A DNA stretch of 64,000 nt from contig NW_026889752.1 of NCBI RefSeq assembly GCF_033153115.1, positions 1,674,001 to 1,738,000 of the forward strand, written 5' to 3'. This document shows, piece by piece, positions 51,008 through 63,365 of the stretch; position 1 is the stretch's first letter; each line of letters starts with the position of its first letter. A model generated the notes under the pieces. The model saw only the letters and a list, made by a program, of their open reading frames with translations. It searched no databases and had not been told where the DNA came from. This DNA is from Saccostrea echinata. Lineage: Eukaryota. The translations under genes were made by a program, and so were the position numbers.

Positions 51008-51595
51008 ATGAAAGCCAAACTTCTTGATTTATGGAAAACAGAAGTGAAATATGAAATGGATAAATCTGCTAAAATTCTTGAAAAAAAGCAGGAGTGGCTT
51101 AATAATTATGAGAAAAATTACGGGAAAGAAGGGACGAAAAATTCCCCGAACACACAAAGAAATCGTAGGAGCAAAAGCAATGGAAATACAAAATCCGGAT
51201 ATAGAAAGGAAAACCGATTTTCTTACGCTGATGCCGTACGCAATGATAAACCACATAGATCCGAATTTCGGGCACACAACAATAACAATGCATATAAGAA
51301 CAGACCAAATAACACTCGCAACAAGGATAACCAAATGAGGAAAAACAATCAAGGAAACATGGTGAGAAATGTAAATTATCAACGGCTGACACAACCCAAC
51401 AATGCCGGAATAAGGGATCAACACTGGAATCTACCCCCTAAAAGGAACCAAAGATGGCGGACAGCACAAAACCGTTTACATGGTTTTAACAGTAAACAAG
51501 AAAATCAAACAAGGAACAATTCGGAGAATAATTTTTTGTGGAAAGGACGCTTCCACAAGGGACGACAGAAAACATTCCGATTTCTGCAAATTTAG
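51008..51595 (+). CDS. Penelope ORF1 (5'-truncated; helical N-part plus basic Asn/Arg-rich region)
   Basis: 195-aa open frame directly upstream of RT and overlapping it in a different frame. Confidence 0.6.
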   Translation: MKAKLLDLWKTEVKYEMDKSAKILEKKQEWLNNYEKNYGKEGTKNSPNTQRNRRSKSNGNTKSGYRKENRFSYADAVRNDKPHRSEFRAHNNNNAYKNRPNNTRNKDNQMRKNNQGNMVRNVNYQRLTQPNNAGIRDQHWNLPPKRNQRWRTAQNRLHGFNSKQENQTRNNSENNFLWKGRFHKGRQKTFRFLQI

Positions 51596-53874
51596 ACAAC
51601 TCAGAAGTAAGTCAAAAACAGAAAATCGATGTAAAAATTATTAATATATCTCAGAGAGATATTTCAGAAAACGAAATAAAAATTCTAGAAAAGGGTTTAA
51701 AATTCACACCCACGCCAAAACAGGATAATGTGGATCTCATAAAAGATACCGAGGAGTTTTGTCGAAAACTTAGACTTAGAGAATATTTTCAAAATGAAGA
51801 AAATATAGACGAATCTCTTGTAAGAAATAAAAGTAACTTCAAACCACCACCTAATAGAGATAAACATTTAGATGAATTTATTAAATGTTTACAAAGTTCC
51901 GCAAGAAATAATGACTTCTGTATGAATACCCGTATTAAAGATAATATCAATAGACTGGAACGAGAAGCTATCAAAAGCCTCGCAAGTGATAATTCTATTG
52001 TTATAAAGGAAGCAGATAAAGGGGGAGCAATTGTCATTATGGATATGGATCATTACAGAGAAATGGTTTTAGACCAACTTATGGACACCAACTTTTACAA
52101 AGAATTAGTTTCTAATGAGGACAGTAAAACCATATGCAAGATTAAGAAATTAACTTCTAAATTTGCGGATAATTTAACCGTGAAAGAAGTGGATTATTTA
52201 ACAAATTTCGAAAATAAATCTAGTAACTTTTATGGTTTACCAAAGATCCACAAATCCAAAGAAATACAGGACGGACTCGAAGGTAAAAACGCTTTATATA
52301 TAAAATTACCTCGACCAACAGATTTAAAGCTTAGACCAATTGTAGCTGGCCCTGCATGCCCCACGCACAGAATTAGTAACTTGTTGGATATACTTCTAAA
52401 GCCACTATGCCAACTTGTACCAAGTTATGTAAGGGATGATATGGATTTTCTTGGCCACATCCCAGATACAGTTGAAATAAATACAGAGATGGTTAGTTTT
52501 GATGTAACGAGCCTCTATACTAACATACCACATACACTTGGACTGGAAGCAATCGCTTTTTGGATCGATAAATACCGCAGTGAAATAAATGAAAGATTTT
52601 CCAAAGACTTTATCCTAGAAGGATTAAAAATAGTATTAGACCAATAACCATTTTGTTTTTGACAGCAGAAATTTTCTACAAATAAAAGGAACAGCGATGG
52701 GCACAAAAGTTGCCCCAACCTATGCCACCCTAGTACTTGGGTTTTTAGAAGAAAAATTGATCAGTGAAACAGACAGAAGATTTGGAAATCAGTTTGCCCA
52801 ATATATACGCTTTAATTGGAAGCGATATTTAGATGATTGTTTCATTTTCTGGAACAGATCTAATGAAGATTTACAAGAATTTCATTCAATTCTTAACAAT
52901 CTACACCCGTCTATTAAATTTACGGTGGAAAAAAGCGGATTGGAACTACCTTTTTTAGGTATCCTTATAATTAAGGAGGGTCGTAAAATCATAACAGATT
53001 TATACTACAAGAAAACGGATTCCCACCAATACCTTGTATTTAATTCCTGCCATCCTTCACAGGTAAAACGTAACATACCTTTTAATATGGCAAGACGTGT
53101 TTGTACCATTGTCATAGATGAAACCAGAAGAAACAGCCGTCTACAGGAATTGAAAACTTTTTTACTTAGACAAAAATATCCCAATGATCTAATAGACGTC
53201 GCTATTGAAAGGGCCAAGTCAATACCAACTACAGATCTCCGGAGTTCTACAAGAGCAGGGGCCCAGGAAAACAATAAAGAAATCCCGCTTGTCGTTACAC
53301 ATAACCCCCGGAACCTTAATATGTATAATTCCGTAAAACAGTGCTTCCCCATTCTACAACAATCCCAAAATCTAAAGGAATTAATGACCTGAAGAACATA
53401 ATCTATAGCCGGCGCCAACCCCCAAACCTGAAGAAACTCCTTACAAGAGCCAAATTTTCGTCAAATGAAGACATACGCACAGTGGCCAAATGTATGGACC
53501 CCCTATGTGGAACCTGTCCTTATTTAAAAACAGGAGAGACGTTTACTTTTAAATGTGGTAAAACATTTACCGTAAATGCGAATATGTCATGCAAATCTAA
53601 AAATTTAATATACTGTATGACTTGTACTTCATGCGGGGAAAACTACATTGGACAGACCGGTAACAAACTAGCTGACCGCGTAAGAGTCCATAAACAACAA
53701 ATACGGGACCCTTCTGTCAGGAATACGCCATGCAGTGAACATTTTGATTCATGTGCGAATGGAAACTTTTTAATATTTCCATTTTATAAAGTTCTAGAAA
53801 ATAATGAACAATTACGGAGAGCCAAGGAAGATTACTTTGTTAAATTATTTAAACCTAAACTAAATGTAAATTGA
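51532..53874 (+). CDS. Penelope RT-GIY-YIG polyprotein, broken by two single-base frameshifts (about 52642 and about 53389)
   Basis: ORFs 51538-52647, 52697-53392 and 53341-53874 join into one. Removing one C gives LDNNHFVFDSRNFLQIKGTAMGTK; adding one T gives KELIDLKNIIYSRRQ. Confidence 0.9.
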
Positions 53875-54039
53875 ACATTATAGCTTAAAATTAAGTCTAT
53901 TTCATCACAATGTACATATGTTCAATTCTCTACTTTCGGCGCCCTAATGACATTTACCTGCGCCAATATATAATGCTGCCTTTATGACGTCACAATAACG
54001 ACGTCATAACAACCAAGTTGTATTGTTTTATAAACTTTG

Positions 54040-54080
54040 TTACACTCTGAAGAGCCTCACGGCGAAAGCGCTTAGTGTAA
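54040..54080 (+). ncRNA. Minimal type I hammerhead ribozyme in the pLTR
   Basis: ttacact-CTGAAGA-gcc tcac ggc-GAAA-gcgc-TT-agtgtaa. Stem I is 7 bp, stem II is 3 bp, stem III is palindromic (agcgct), and the cleavage triplet is CUU. Confidence 0.9.
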
Positions 54081-54162
54081 TAATTAAATGTGAACTTGTT
54101 TGTTTATCTTGGATTTTATTTTAATTTATAACCTACCTATACCGTGGACTTTTACTACAATT

Positions 54163-54167
<5 letters not shown>

Positions 54168-54245
<78 letters not shown>
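54168..54245. repeat. (TA)n microsatellite at the Penelope 3' boundary
   Basis: Direct reading. Confidence 0.95.
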
Positions 54246-54247
<2 letters not shown>

Positions 54248-54249
54248 AC

Positions 54250-54903
54250 CGTTCTCTGGGACACAATACCAAGCTCTGTACTTTGAAATCAGTGGTACTT
54301 TTGTATTCCCCTGAGAGGCTTACGAAAGTCTTCCATTCCTGCCACTGTCATGCAGGGTACTGGGGAGCCGAGATTGCGACTGAAAACTGGTCCACAATTG
54401 TTTGAAGCTGATCAATGGAGTTGGTCTCGAAAGTTTTTTGATTAAAACAAATCCACAAGCTGTGCTGCAAAGTGTATGACGCTGAAGTTGCATCATATAT
54501 ACTGTTTGTACTGCTGTCCCGTCAAAATATGCCACATAAAATACATGCATTCCAATCATAAACTGTTTCTTGTTTTGGCGGTTGCAATTATCAGTATGAA
54601 TTGTAAGTTCTGTATTGAGAAAACGACTAGTTCGGAAAATTGAATCTGGTCCATAAGTATTTGAACCTTTACACACTATAGTTCCATGTTAAGAATTTTT
54701 TGAAAAAGGAAAATTGCTTTGGGATATCGTCTACTCGAAACCCAAAGATCTTGATTTTGGAAAGAGTAAAGAAGTAGAGTGGTCCGATTTGGAGAACATA
54801 ATGAGATTTAACTCACTGGTATCGGAAAATCAGTATTAGTGATGTAACTGGATTATTACATGGTGTACGGGAGAGGTGTTGACCGCTGAAACTGCCAAGC
54901 TCC
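54250..54903 (-). pseudogene. Decayed DDE transposase (Chapaev/Sola-like)
   Basis: Minus strand reads QIGPLYFFTLSKIKIFGFRVDDIPKQ ... GPDS ... ELTIHTDNCNRQNKK ... RHTLC...GFVLIKK. This resembles the H-x-D-N-C-x-G-Q-N-K-N and G-H-T...F-G-L-I-K blocks. Confidence 0.62.
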
Positions 54904-55163
54904 TGTAAATAAACCAGAACTCTATTTAAATGATGTTTGCCGAGTTAATAAATAACTAACACGCATAGATTTAACTTGCTGCATATATTTTTGAAAATGT
55001 TATTAAGTGTAACGAAATAAGATTAAAGTAGACTCAACTTAATATGCAGAGAGTATAGGAGCTAATTTTAGTTGAAAGGGGGGGGGATCAGCCTAAAAGA
55101 AAATGTTAACAAACAAAACCAAAAAAGTCAATTTACTTTTGAATAGGGAACAACTGTAACTTA

Positions 55164-55776
55164 CAGACCCTGAAACGTGCTACTACCCCACACGCTCGCT
55201 GCACGAACGGTACACGCTGCACGGTTTAACACAAAACGCTACACGGTTTACACGAAACGCTTTGCACGAAAGGCTGCACGGTTTACACGAAAGCCTGCAC
55301 GAAACGCTTTGTACACGTTTCTCACACGCTTTGTACACGATTCTCGCATGCTTTAGCTTCGATCTGGATTTTCTATTCGGAATCTCTCGGACTTTATTTC
55401 AATTATTACGGATTAATCAAAGAGTAGTTAAGAATTACAATCATTCAGATTAGGTTAAGAATTAAACTCGCTACACCAGTACTATATCAACAGATAAAAT
55501 ACTCAATGTTTAGTTGTAATTAATGAATAGTTTTCATTGAGTATGTGACCCGCCCGGTAAAATGCTTATCATCGTCAAACTTTTTTCACTAGACTCTAAA
55601 TTACGCACTGAAAAAAAATAATCATATTTGTAATTCATAAACTTTTATTACTGACAAATAAACTGACAAATAAACTCAGTTTCACAGTTATATTTGAAAA
55701 AAAATATTGACTAAATTGTGTATGATTTCTGTAAACGGATTGATTTTCTTTTCCTTTTTTTAAAATATTGATTGAT

Positions 55777-55819
<43 letters not shown>

Positions 55820-57921
55820 TTTTTTTTTTTTTTTTTTTTTGATTTAGTAAAGAAAATAATTTCATTTGATTAAATTAGGTTCTGTTTATAATTTACGAAG
55901 GCAACATGTACACTGCATCAAACAGGAACATTGTGCAGGAAAGGGGGGGGGGGTAGATTACCGAGATCTTACTGTTGTATCTTCAAATCTGTACATGGCT
56001 AAATATAACGGGCTCTTGTTTCAGTAAGTGAACCATCGGGAAAAAAATATTATAGAAACAAGTGCCCGTTCTAAGAAAAAAAAAGAAGATATTCATGTCT
56101 CCAGCTGGACCCGATACATGTAATTCATTAATATGCACTTTATTCAGAATGGTAAATATATCGTTTCATTACAGAGTTAAACTTTAATTTATCATTAAAA
56201 TCTTATATGGTAGAGAAGCCGTGGGGATATGTATTGTAATTATTTAGTTCTCTTTTCAGGCATTGTGTTTATCAAATATCAATATACCCCCACCTTTTAA
56301 AATCCTTGATTTCAAACCCCGTCTAGAAAAAAAAAATCAATAATTACGTAATCAATAGTTGCGGCTCTTAACAATACATTCAATATATATGTATACATGT
56401 CCTATGTCCTAAAGCCTAAAAAATTATGCTCTAGAACTGCGTGATTAATAAAAACAATTAATATATAATTATATAGGATTCTTTATATTATTTTATTCAC
56501 GAATACACTGGCAAATTTATTCACTGCTTACAGACAATCGGATAAATTTAAGAATAAAATCCACGGGTATTACTGTTTAATTAATCAAACGTTATTGTCG
56601 GGTGTCATCTTAGCTATAATTGACAAGAGATAATAGCAGAACAAGTTTTCAGTCCCGGCACGCGGAGTCCGTGATCGCTGTTGTAAATGACCTTGATCAC
56701 AGTCGTTAGAAGAGTGTTGAAAGTGTAAAGAAGAATCCAATATATTTTTTAAGGGTGCATCGGGTGCACCCCATCGAAAAAAGCAATAATTTTCTTACAA
56801 AAGAAAATTATCAATAAAACACTTGTTTACAACAAAAACCCAGTTTGTGTTTTCATTTGACCCCCCCCCCCCACCCCCCACCCCCCCCCCCCCCCCGAAA
56901 CATTTAACCTTGTATTTGCCGATGTATCTGAATTATAATACATTTATGTGACTTTTATTTATCAACCGATTTTATGCATAAAAAGACAATAAATGACTCA
57001 TCGTTTTCAAAATTATTTGTATCACAATCTTGTAATATAAGAAAAATATGTTCGTTTATAAAGAAAATCAATTAAATGTGCTCCCCGGCCTAGAAGTCCT
57101 ATACTTCACATTTAGAGCAACGCACTAAATTTTGCATTTTATTTCTCACGCCTGCCATACATGTATCTATCTATTATTTTGTATTAAACACCGATATGTT
57201 CTTGTCATCTCTATATCCAACATACAATGGTGAAGATACATGTATTCAAATAAATGAAAATGAATGAAAAGGACAAGACCGGATTCCTGATGAATTTTCT
57301 TTTAAAAAAATATTCAGTATTGTTCCCTTTAAAAAATGCATTGAATCAATTACCTTAAAATTGAAGTGCATATAATTAATTACTTTTAACACATTTTCTG
57401 TCAATCTTTATTTAAATAAATAAATAAAGAAAATCAAACAAATATGTAATACATTACCGAATAATTTTATTCTGTTGTTTCCGTATTTTTTCACTCTTAA
57501 AATACCACCGGTATGATATATCCGAATAATATTAGTTACAAACAACACAGAATGACATGTTGATCCAACAATAGTCTTATTTAAAATAAAAGGACTTCCG
57601 AATGAATCCTACACGTTTCTCACACGATTCTTGCACGAAAGTCGCACGTTTCTCACACGGTTCTTACACGAAAGTCACACGTTTCTCACACGGTTCTTAC
57701 ACGAAAGTCGCACGTTTCTCACACGCTTCTCGCACGCTCGCTACACGGTTTGCAGAAACGCTTTGGAGCTTACACGAAACGCTGCACAGTTTACACGAAA
57801 CGCTACACGGTTTGCACGAAACGCTGCACGGTTTACACGAAACGCTACACGGTTTGCACGAAACGAAAAGCGCACGAAAGTCACATGCTTTTTTGGGGGT
57901 AGTAGCACGTTTCAGGGTCTG
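55164..57921. mobile_element. TA-flanked non-autonomous TIR element (MITE-like), 2.76 kb
   Basis: Perfect 26-bp TIR cagaccctgaaacgtgctactacccc (55164-55189 and 57896-57921). TA on both flanks. Subterminal 21-bp (acacgaaacgctgcacggttt) and 33-bp repeats. Confidence 0.88.
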
Positions 57922-59199
57922 TAGCTTTACATGTATATTCCTTTGTAAAGTATTTTTCTTATTTGAGGGGTAAAAATTTAAATAAGCTTTGTTTCTATTG
58001 TTAAGTATATAATTGTATAAATATTGCCCCTTCCCCTTCCACGGTTCTTATGGATATTAAATATATAGTTAACCATAAACGATGATTCCTTTTCATACTA
58101 TGCAATATTAGGTCATATCTCTCCATAAGCACTGGAAGTTTGTGTAAAATTCAATAAAATATATTTAATATATGCAGGTATATAAGAATTACTTATNNNN
58201 NNNNNNNNNNNNNNNNNNNNNNNNNNNNNNNNNNNNNNNNNNNNNNNNNNNNNNNNNNNNNNNNNNNNNNNNNNNNNNNNNNNNNNNNNNNNNNNNNNNN
58301 NNNNNNNNNNNNNNNNNNNNNNNNNNATTCTTAGACAAGTGCAGCTACTTGTTGACAAAAATTAATTATAGGTGAATCTGATTGAAAAACAGAATGATAT
58401 AAATATTAAGAAAAAATCTTCCATGAAAATGAATAATTTTCGAAACCTGACGCAATATTAAAGTAAATAATTTTTATTACGAAGCAAGGATTACATTTGA
58501 TGGTAGATGATCATCGATGCCAGTATGTATAAGTTAACTAGATAGTGCAAAAACAAGTAGTAAACTTAAAGTAGGTTACTGAAATTAATGGGATAATGTT
58601 AATAAATTAAAAAATGAATGAACTTTTAGTTGATAAACTTTTTCTGTCTTTTTTATTTTTTTTTTAACGGAAGTAGAGAATTTCAGGTTGTTTCATCATA
58701 ACGGAAGGCATAAGGTATCGAGACCAATACCAATAATTGTCCGTAAACTGAAACTTCCTGAAACGTAATATTATTGTTGTATTTTTCCATGTTGCAGAAA
58801 CCATTAGAAAACAAACTCAATAGTTTCAGCATACGAAAACCCTACAGAAACTTGCTGAAACTATTATATAGTTTCTGCATGGCCAAACCATACAAGAAAC
58901 CTCAACATCAAGTTTCCGCAAGGTTTCAGTATAAATCAGTTTTAAACTGCAATTTTCATCCAATGTCATCAAGATTAAAATGGCTAAATACACTACAGAG
59001 CAAAACTAATTATGAGTGGGCAATGCAAAGTAAACATCATCTGAACAATACAATTTTCAGTGAGACATATAAATTCAAACTTCTGAAATCTAAGATTTCA
59101 GAAAAAAATAAACAAAGACTGTACAATATTGTTTTAAAAGCCAAACAAGTGCAGGGCTGAATATTGAATTCAACATTGAGGAAAAATAACTTGCTAGTT

Positions 59200-60030
59200 G
59201 CAACATATTTTGGCATAAAGTATCTATAGGTTAAGGAAAGGGGGTTAGAATGGGGCTAAAGCAATCATAATTAATACAGTCATTGAAAGACTTCTTTACT
59301 CCATGATACCAGGCAGTCAAACTTTTGGCATGATTGTATTAAGCATTGTGCTCTTCATACAATATTGTGAAAATCGTTGCCTTAAGGTCAAGGGTTCAAA
59401 TGGTAGAATGAGGTTCTTTAGATCATATAGTGAAAATGATTATAAATTCTTCAAAAATCTTTTTTTACTTTTCCTGTATATTTAGCTGACAATCTAAGTG
59501 CGTTATCATTAAAGCAATGGTGACTCTTCAAAAACTGTGGAATTTATTGCTTCAGGGATTCTGGTGCTTAAGGCGAGACTCTATTGGTTTTGTTCCGAAA
59601 GGACATTGAATATTCATATATTTTAGGGGTCATGGGGATAGGACGGGCGCTGTTGATCATAATGCAATGCATGCATTACTTATTTTAAAATCGTTTTCTC
59701 TATTCCTGATTATTAGGTAGACAAATCAAATGCTTGATTTTGATGAGCAAGAGTGCTTCTTCCAAAATTGTGAAATTAATAACCCCTTTTTCAGGAGCAC
59801 TGGAGTAAAGCTAGGTTTTATCGATCTCAGGAGCACTGGAGTACACCGGGGTTCCATCGATCATATAGTGAGAATGCATTGACTCTTTAAAACATTTCTG
59901 CTTTATAGTAATTATCCGAGATACTAAGTGCATGGATATAATAACCAACAGTGCTTCCTTCGACATCGTAAAATTTATTGCTCCTTAGGCTAGGGATTCT
60001 GGTGTTAAGTTGGGGCACATATGATCATAT
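59200..60030 (-). repeat. Highly degenerate tandem repeats of Helentron-satellite type
   Basis: Recurrent blocks aaattgtgaaatt / agggattctggtg / gatcatatagtga at roughly 200-bp spacing. Confidence 0.45.
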
Positions 60031-60303
60031 GCAGTGGCTGCAACGTTATTGTTGACAACTTACACGAAAGATCACGTTACAAGAACAATTCCGCACGATT
60101 AGTGCACGATCAAAACTGTGACACGAACGATCCTTCAGGCATACGATTTCTACATGCTACATGATCTTACACGATTGCTTACGCAAACGAACGATTCGTC
60201 ACTCAAAACAGGCAAAAATATTTAGGAGTGGATTTCTAAAACCGAAATTAGGCTTAACAGTTACAAATAATTATTGATTCAATTTATCGACATTAAAAAA
60301 CTG

Positions 60304-60348
<45 letters not shown>

Positions 60349-60899
60349 TAGGAATGGATGTTTTTGAAACTGATTAAGACTTTATAGTTATTTTAAATTA
60401 CAAATAATTATTTATGAAATTCCCCGACTTCGTTGAGATGTAATTTATGATCGATTGCTACATGTTTTATGAGAATTGAGATGATATGAGTGCATTGGCC
60501 GTGAGTTTTTATTCCATTGGCTTTTATGATATGAAGTTAGGGGGATAAGAAAAAAAAAAAAAACAAAAAACATTGGCATATAATTTACCCATCTTTCCAT
60601 TAGTGAATCTCTAAAATCAGTAATTAATTTACATTTCATTCATCTGCAGAAATTTTAAAAATATAGTTAAGTGCCAGTGATATTATCCCAGACAACCATG
60701 TCGGTAACATTCGCCGAGTTAATATTTATGTCAGCATTAAGAATTATTCAGATATACATTGTTGATGTACTGTTATAAAAATATCTTGACCAAACGTAGC
60801 AGTAAATATAATGAGCATTAACGTTCAGAAAAAAAAAATGCATATAATTGACCTCTCCTCGTCTTTTTCGTCGCTTTTGGAAAAAAAAAAACACAGTCA

Positions 60900-63365
60900 T
60901 CAAATTATCAAAAAACTAGAAACAACACCTATTGATGTTAATAATATGGTTTCGTTCCTTGATATGTATCCTAAAACTTCAGATGCTATCGAATTAAGAG
61001 ATGACTCTAGTTGTGGCTTTAAAATCAAATATTCGTTTTTCATCAACATGTACCAATTTAGTATCAACTCTGCAACATTCAAACGAAGTTAAGCAAAAAA
61101 ATAGACAAAGAAATTGAATTAAGTCAAGTTGCAGGTCCTTTTGATCAAGCACCCCTGCAAAATTTTAGAATATCACCTTTAGGTATCGTTGCTAAAAAAG
61201 ACGGGGATTGGCGCTTAATACACCATTTATCATTCCCCGAAGGAAATAGTGTAAATGATTTTATTGACCCTGATTATTGTACGGTTCATTACACACCTTT
61301 CGATGAAGTATTACATATGATTGCAGCATTAGGAAAAAACTCCCTTCTCGCAAAAATGGATGTCAAGTCAGCATTTCGTTTATTACCAGTACATCCTTCT
61401 GATCATGAATTATTAGGTTTTAAATTCAATAACAAGTTTTATTATGATATTTGTTTACCTATTGGCTGATCTGCAAGTTGTGCCCTTTGGGGAAAATTTG
61501 CTCATTTTTTACAGTGGGTAACTAATACAAAAACAGACATAGAAACGATGAACCATTATCTAGATGATTTCATTTTCGCTGCTAAAAATTTCAAAGCATG
61601 TAAATTATTAATGACTATCTTTCAAAATACGTCATGAATTTTGAATTCCGCTAGCAGAGGAAAAAACTGTTGGTCCTAAGCATTTGTTGAAATTGACAGA
61701 GAAAAAATGGTTATAGGTATACTAGAGGAAAAAAACCATTGAACTTAAGAAAACTAATGAAACAATTTTGGGGAAATCTAAAATAAAATTAAAAGAGCTT
61801 CAGTCTTTAGTAGGTTCTCTGAATTTCTGCGCCAAAGACATTCCTGCAACTCGTGCATTTAATACGTCGTTTTTGTGATGCCATATGTGGTATTAAACAT
61901 TCGTCTCATTTTATAAGGGTTAATGCTGGTATGAAGAGCGACCTACAAGTTTGATTAAGCTTCCTCCAATAATTCCACGGTACCTTTAATTTTTTAGAGA
62001 TTAAGTGGCTTTCAAATTTTGAGCTTCACTTATACACAGACAGCACAGGAAATGCACAACTTTGCTGCGGCGTTTATTTACAAGGTCATTGGGCATATTT
62101 CCCGTGGTCCACCAAGTGGCAGGATTCAGACATAATATCTGATATAACTTTCTTAGAATAAGTTCCAATAGTTCTGGCAGTCCTGTTATTCAAAAATCAT
62201 TTCCAAACTAAAAAAAAATAATGTTTCATACAGACAATATTGCTTTAGTGTCTATTTTGAATAGGAAGACATCTAAATCTAAAAGAGAAATGGAATTAGT
62301 GCGTCCTCTAGTGCTCCATTCAATGGTTAACAATAAGTATTTTAATGCAAAACATATTTGTGGTTGCAATAATTCAATTACTGATTCTATTTCCCGAAAA
62401 CAGTGGAAAAAGATTCCGGGCTCGCACCAGAAGCGGACAAAGATCCTATACCCATCCCAGAAGATTTCACGAAGATGGTATTAGAGCTGAAATAGAGCAT
62501 TTAACGCTTAAGTCTATTGTCCCTAAAACGAAACTACAGTACTCAAATATTTTAAAGATATTTTCTACTTTCAGATAGGACTACGGCTTAGATGATATTT
62601 GGGGTCCTCCCCTTTCTCACTTGTGTATATTCATCGCTAACCTGTCCCTTCGTGATTTAGCGTACAGCACAATATCATCTTATTTATCTGGTATAAGTTT
62701 TAAATGCAAGTTGACAGGTACCACTGACTAAACACAATGCTTTCTGGTTAGAAAATTATTAGAAGGTATAAAACGTTCCCGTAAATCAGTTGACCGTCGT
62801 TTACCAATTACCGAAAACATTTTGAAAAAAAGCTCATACCAAGTTCAAGTCTAGTGTGCTCCTCTTATTTCGAAACATACCTATTTTGCTCTGCCTTTTC
62901 ATTAGCGTACCATGCCTTCTTGAGAGTCGGTGAATTTACATGCAATAAAACAGAAGCCATTCACCATGTTATCGGCATCAACGATATACAAATTTTATTC
63001 GATCAGTCATTAAATAAGAAAATATTAAGGTTAACAATTCCGTATTCCAAGACTGACCAAACAGGAAATGGTTCAAGAATTCAGTTGAACGAGTCACCTA
63101 CACAAGTCCTATGCCCCTATTTCATTAGCAAAGATATTTGTCTCTCAGACCAAAAATTAATGGTCCGCTTTTTGTTCACGTAGACGGCAGCGCACTTACC
63201 CGTTATCAATTTACGTAAGTCCTTAATAAAGCAATAAATCTTGTAGATCTTTCAAATTCACGTTACACTTCCCACTCGTTCCGAATTTTCTAAAGGCCAT
63301 TCTGAATCCGAAATAATGAAAAAAGGTAGATGGATTTCACATGCTTATTAATCTTGTATTAGAAA
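60900..63365 (+). mobile_element. Decayed Ngaro/DIRS-type tyrosine-recombinase retrotransposon (RT, RNase H, YR)
   Basis: RT: VAGPF..ISPLGIVAKKDGDWRLIHHLSFP..LAKMDVKSAFRLLPVHP..HYLDDF. RNase H: LYTDS..DITFLE*VPIVLA..FHTDNIALVSILN. YR: LAYHAFLRVGEF..IPYSKTDQ..HSFRI..GRW. Many stops and frameshifts. Confidence 0.92.

Larger units (their letters stand above)
50148..54167 (+). mobile_element. Penelope-like retroelement (RT plus C-terminal GIY-YIG; Neptune/Nematis-type layout) with an inverted 3' copy at its 5' side
   Basis: RT motifs (PKIHK, LRPIVA, SFDVTSLYTNIP, GTAMGT, RYLDD), a Cys linker, GIY-YIG, and a pLTR with a hammerhead. 50148-50917 is the reverse complement of about 53338-54104. It ends at a (TA)n tract. 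Confidence 0.95.

Noticed and set aside
51029-53418. Minus-strand ORFs over the Penelope element
   Set aside because: Antisense shadows of the RT/ORF1 coding sequence.
51538-54010. Selenoprotein/SECIS-type Penelope
   Set aside because: The breaks are single-base frameshifts rather than in-frame TGA at Cys positions, and I could not fold a convincing SECIS in the 3' UTR.
57602-57973. ORFs with repeated peptides (LHGLHET, RFSHGSYTKV)
   Set aside because: They are translations of the MITE's 21-bp and 33-bp DNA repeats, open in several frames.
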